Source: Amoebidium appalachense (taxonomy: Eukaryota > Protista > Ichthyosporea). Taken from it: DNA of 64,000 nucleotides. The notes under the pieces were generated by a model. It did no database searches. It was not told the origin of the DNA and saw only the letters and a program-made list of their open reading frames with translations. This document shows positions 60,474 to 64,000 of the stretch, piece by piece. The position numbers were made by a program, and so were the translations under genes. Each line of letters begins with the position of its first letter. The stretch's first letter is position 1. The stretch covers positions 1,368,420 to 1,432,419 of the forward strand of contig CAVNZM010000003.1 of the NCBI GenBank assembly GCA_963693365.1, given 5' to 3'.

Positions 60474-61299
60474 GAAGCTGCTAGACTTGTGCCCCTTCCT
60501 CTATGACATGTACTGCAACACCACCACCACACAACCAAAACCACAGCCATCGTGTGCATGTTGGTGGGCATCCTGCAAGGAGAGGGAGACGTGCAAGGGG
60601 GAACACGACGAATACGAGCACGACGGAGGGGAACAGGAGTACGTGTACGAGGAGGGGGGAGGGAGGGGGGAGGGGGAGGAGGAGGAGGAGGACTGGGTGT
60701 ACGACGGGAGGGGGTGGGAGGGGAGTGACGGTGAGGGGAGGAAGACGTACGAGGGATGCACGGCCTTCTGGGACAGAAAGAGGTCTCAGCCGTACAGACA
60801 CATTAACCACTTCAAGCAGCTGCTGCAGTCGGTGCAAGGGCTGAATGCGTCTATGGGGGACATGCAGGAGGGGGTGGTGGCAGCATTCAGGGGCGTGCAA
60901 CACAGAGAGAGTGCAGACCAGGCAAGGAGGGTGTTGAGGCAGAACATGCTCACACGGCACTACGTGCACGTACCTTATATCGTGAACAGGCTGTACGGGC
61001 ACCCCCTCCCTTGGTTCACGTGCGAGCAGTTGGAGTTGCTGACGGGCATGTTTAAGTTTTCCTTGTCGTGGCACCGCCGGTACAAGGACGAGGCAAGGAA
61101 GAACTTTGTGGGGTACCCCTTCCTACTGGTGAAAATGGTAGGGTTAGTGAGTGGCATGGACGCAGCAGTGGTGGCCAGGCTGGTGCCTGCCGTCAAAAGC
61201 AAGGTGACTAGAGCAAAGTGTGACAGGGTGTAGGTGCAGCTGGAGAGGGACCTCAAGAACTACCACATGCTTACGGAATACAACATGTTTTGCTTGTAG
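60448..61299 (+). pseudogene. VLTF3: Viral late transcription factor 3 (VLTF3, poxvirus A2-like), premature stop at 61231-61233
   Basis: YRHINHFKQLLQSVQG, RRVLRQNMLTRHYVHVPYIVNRLYG, RKNFVGYPFLLVK, PAVKSK...CDRV*: conserved VLTF3 motifs; TAG falls where the conserved D.iW Trp (TGG) is expected and the frame continues 21 codons. Confidence 0.85.
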
Positions 61300-61420
61300 C
61301 CTGGTGCTACTTGTACCTATAGACTTGGTGGACAAGACTTGTGCACAATACATTGGGGGTAGCAGGTGGCGGTAGGGGGTGTGCCAGCACGTACCCACAC
61401 TACCATCGGCCCACTCCGGT

Positions 61421-61858
61421 TTATTTGAACACCACAGGTGCCGTGCGTATGGGCCGGTTGGCGTTGACACCAGACAACGGCACAGTGTAGGCCAACGGAC
61501 GTTGCAGAAAGTCCCGTATGGTGGAGACGTCCATGACGTTCAACTTGAAGTTGTTGTTCTGTTCCGGAAAGATGAACGGTTTCTTGCGTGTAGGGGGACC
61601 GCCAATGTTGAGCTCCATGTTGCTGGTAGTTGCCTTGGTGTTCGTGTGTGTGCGGGGTTTGGTGATCGTGTTGGGTTTCTGAGTAGCACGAGGCTGTGTA
61701 GGGGGAGGGGTGGGGAGGGTTTTCATGCCCTGGCCCGGAGTCTTGACTTTCTTCTGCGTTGGGGGCGGCGGTTTGACTGCCGTAGGCTTCTTGGCGTCAC
61801 GTGTCAGGGTGCTTTCATTGTCCGAAAGTACCGGGTAGTCGTCAAATCCGCCCGCCAT
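61421..61858 (-). CDS. Hypothetical basic K/P/T-rich protein (possibly truncated)
   Basis: 145-aa ATG-initiated ORF; TATA-like ctatataaac on the minus strand at ~62075-62085; no domain recognised. Confidence 0.4.
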   Translation of the reverse strand: MAGGFDDYPVLSDNESTLTRDAKKPTAVKPPPPTQKKVKTPGQGMKTLPTPPPTQPRATQKPNTITKPRTHTNTKATTSNMELNIGGPPTRKKPFIFPEQNNNFKLNVMDVSTIRDFLQRPLAYTVPLSGVNANRPIRTAPVVFK

Positions 61859-62599
61859 GGTTGAAGAGATGCTTTAATGATTGAAAGATGTGAGATTCTG
61901 AAGGATGCGAGTTTCTTGAACTGCGCGGTCGCCAATGTAAACAGTTGGACTAGTTAGGATAAGGCAGAGTGCAACTGAATCAAAATAAAGACAGAGAACG
62001 GGTAGTAAGGCACGCGCGGCCAGGTTACTATTTAATGTGCTCGTTCAGAGTGATCCCCCGTACTGGGACGGCTTGTTTATATAGCCCCCAGGTTCCGGAT
62101 CATCTGGATGGGTGGCATTGATGCCTTCGTGACTTCTGACCAGTCAGAAGTTGCGATCGTCCTTATGTGCACACAGTGCACCCATAACAGGAAGCCAACT
62201 AAATAGGATAACTTTGTGGCAAATGATTGGTCAACACTTAAGCCCGTTTAGGTTTATACAAATGGGTCTGACTTCCTTATTGGTTCCGTTCGTTTAGCTA
62301 CAGATGTCGCCTTCGTAGTGGATGAGACTTGCATTCCTATCCTAGCGGTTCTCGAATTTCTATTGGTTCGTACTGACTGCACGGCCACTGCATGTTGCCG
62401 GCGCCGCGGCTCAGTCGTGAGCCGCAGCCCGCGGCTGTCGCGTATGATATTGATCTGATCATATGTACGCGGCGCCTCAGTCGCGAGCCGCAGCCCGCGG
62501 CTGTCGCGTATAATATTGATCTGATGATATGTACACAATATCTACGTGATCGCTATGATATGTACAGTATATTCGTAATAGTAAACATGTACGGCGTGT

Positions 62600-63213
62600 A
62601 CAGATGTTTACAACGGGGTGTACCACACTGCATTGGTGTTTTGTTAGAAGCACTCTTGTCTCAAACCTATGGTAGAGCTGTGGTTAATGGGCACCTTTCA
62701 TATGGTTTTTCTCGTACTAGAGGTCTCTTGCAGGGTTCATTGCTTAGCCCCTTTTTGTTTAACCTATTTATAGATGATTTGGCTGTCAAGATTTATGCCG
62801 AAAACGATGACCCTATTAATAACTTTCCGCCTGCACTTCTCTATGCTGATGATCTGTCCCTCCTTGCCCGTACCCCTAGATGCCTGCAAAGATTGTTCGA
62901 TGTAGTGTCAGAGTGGTGCAAGGCAAACCTTATGATCCTTAACATAGACAAATGTGGTGTTCTTGTACCTGATATAGCCAACAATTTACACACATTTACA
63001 TTATCATCTAAAAATGTACCTATAGTTCCAGAATACAAATATCTTGGTGTTCCGGTTAATTCTGTTGGTGTAATGTTTTCCCATATGGTTGAAAAGAGGG
63101 TAGAGCTGGCTCGTAAGAGGTTAGCTTTCTTCTCGGCTAATATTTTTAAAGACACACCCCTCCATCCTTCGATTAGACTTACATTCATCAGCAATCTCCC
63201 CCCCCCCTCGTAA
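62600..63213 (+). pseudogene. Non-LTR (LINE-type) reverse transcriptase fragment
   Basis: GLLQGSLLSPFLFNLFIDDL, LLYADDL, LNIDKCGVL, YKYLGV motifs; 5' part is replaced by a ~69-bp direct repeat (62400-62537) and the 3' part is cut off. Confidence 0.9.
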
Positions 63214-63762
63214 CCCCACCGAAGACCTCGTCGATGGGTTGGCACTGGTTTAGGACTGTCTAATGGATGGGTTTACGCTATATGAAGGAAAAACCTCCAA
63301 ACCCGTCGACGACGTCGTAGACCGTCGGCGGAGTGGTTTACGACCCCTTTAGGGATGACCGACAGTATTGGGACAGCCCAATGTATAACCCTAACCACAC
63401 CTATGGATGGGTTTACAGCAACCACAACTTTCGTGGTACTCCTAACCCCATACATTGGATGTACACTGGATGTCGTGCACACCTCCGGATTACGACATCA
63501 TAAGATGGTCTTGCTGCACCCCCTCGGAAGACTGTCTTACGACGTCGGATATAACTGTCGAATGGATGGGTTTACAATATCCATACGAATGTCCTCGACA
63601 ACCATTAGTTGTCGTAAACCCCACCTGTGTACGACATCGTAACATGCTCTTACGACACCCCACGTGAGACTGTCGCTAGACGTCTGAAACCCCGCCGTAT
63701 GGATTGGTTTACAGTATCCATTTGAAGGTCCACGATACACTGTGTATGTCGTAAACACCTGC

Positions 63763-64000
63763 TCTATGAAAACTACTCCGGGACGTGTGTTGCCTCTAGG
63801 GGGACATCCCCTTGGACGAAAGTGAACCTGCAATGGTTGTAAACCACGGCAAGCCCCCAGTCATCAATTTATTGATCCGTGAGGTCCATGTGCCCAAAAA
63901 ACGGGGGAAGTCTTCGCCCCGTGAAAAAACAGCACGTATGTGTGGATCAATGGGGGTTGTGTGTGGGTGTAGGTGGGTGGGTGAAAAGGAATATATAGCT
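63763..64000 (-). mobile_element. 3' terminus (B2 and start of A2) of a third Ngaro copy running off the window
   Basis: Near-identical to 47322-47560 (tctatgaaaactactccggg...atatagct). Confidence 0.92.

Noticed and set aside
63215-63760. Degenerate repeats (gatgggtttac / acgacatc) after the LINE fragment
   Set aside because: Period and boundaries too irregular to assign by eye; probably part of another repeat.

Overview
Eukaryotic genomic window with GT-AG introns full of poly-G/poly-C and (GT)n/(CA)n tracts; most long ORFs in the track are microsatellite artefacts. The left ~24 kb holds two intact-looking spliced host genes: a 6-exon signal peptide/Q-P-rich/TM/coiled-coil/Pro-rich protein with TANGO1/cTAGE5-like architecture, and a 10-exon FUSC/ALMT-like membrane transporter. 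From ~25 kb on, the window is mostly mobile and viral DNA. It contains spliced Plavaka-like transposase remnants in an inverted duplication, possibly inside a ~16 kb giant element, and three same-orientation Ngaro/DIRS tyrosine-recombinase retrotransposon copies. Two of these are reciprocally defective (gag+RT/RNaseH without YR; gag+YR without RT). There is also a decaying block of intronless virus-like genes (PL14 lyase, tandem Erv1/Alr oxidase, RING-ankyrin, Polinton/adintovirus-type pPolB N-terminus abutting an NCLDV-type VLTF3) and a LINE RT fragment. This mix resembles what is reported for ichthyosporean holozoans such as Amoebidium, but that is inference only. All family calls are by-eye motif recognition; no database search was run.
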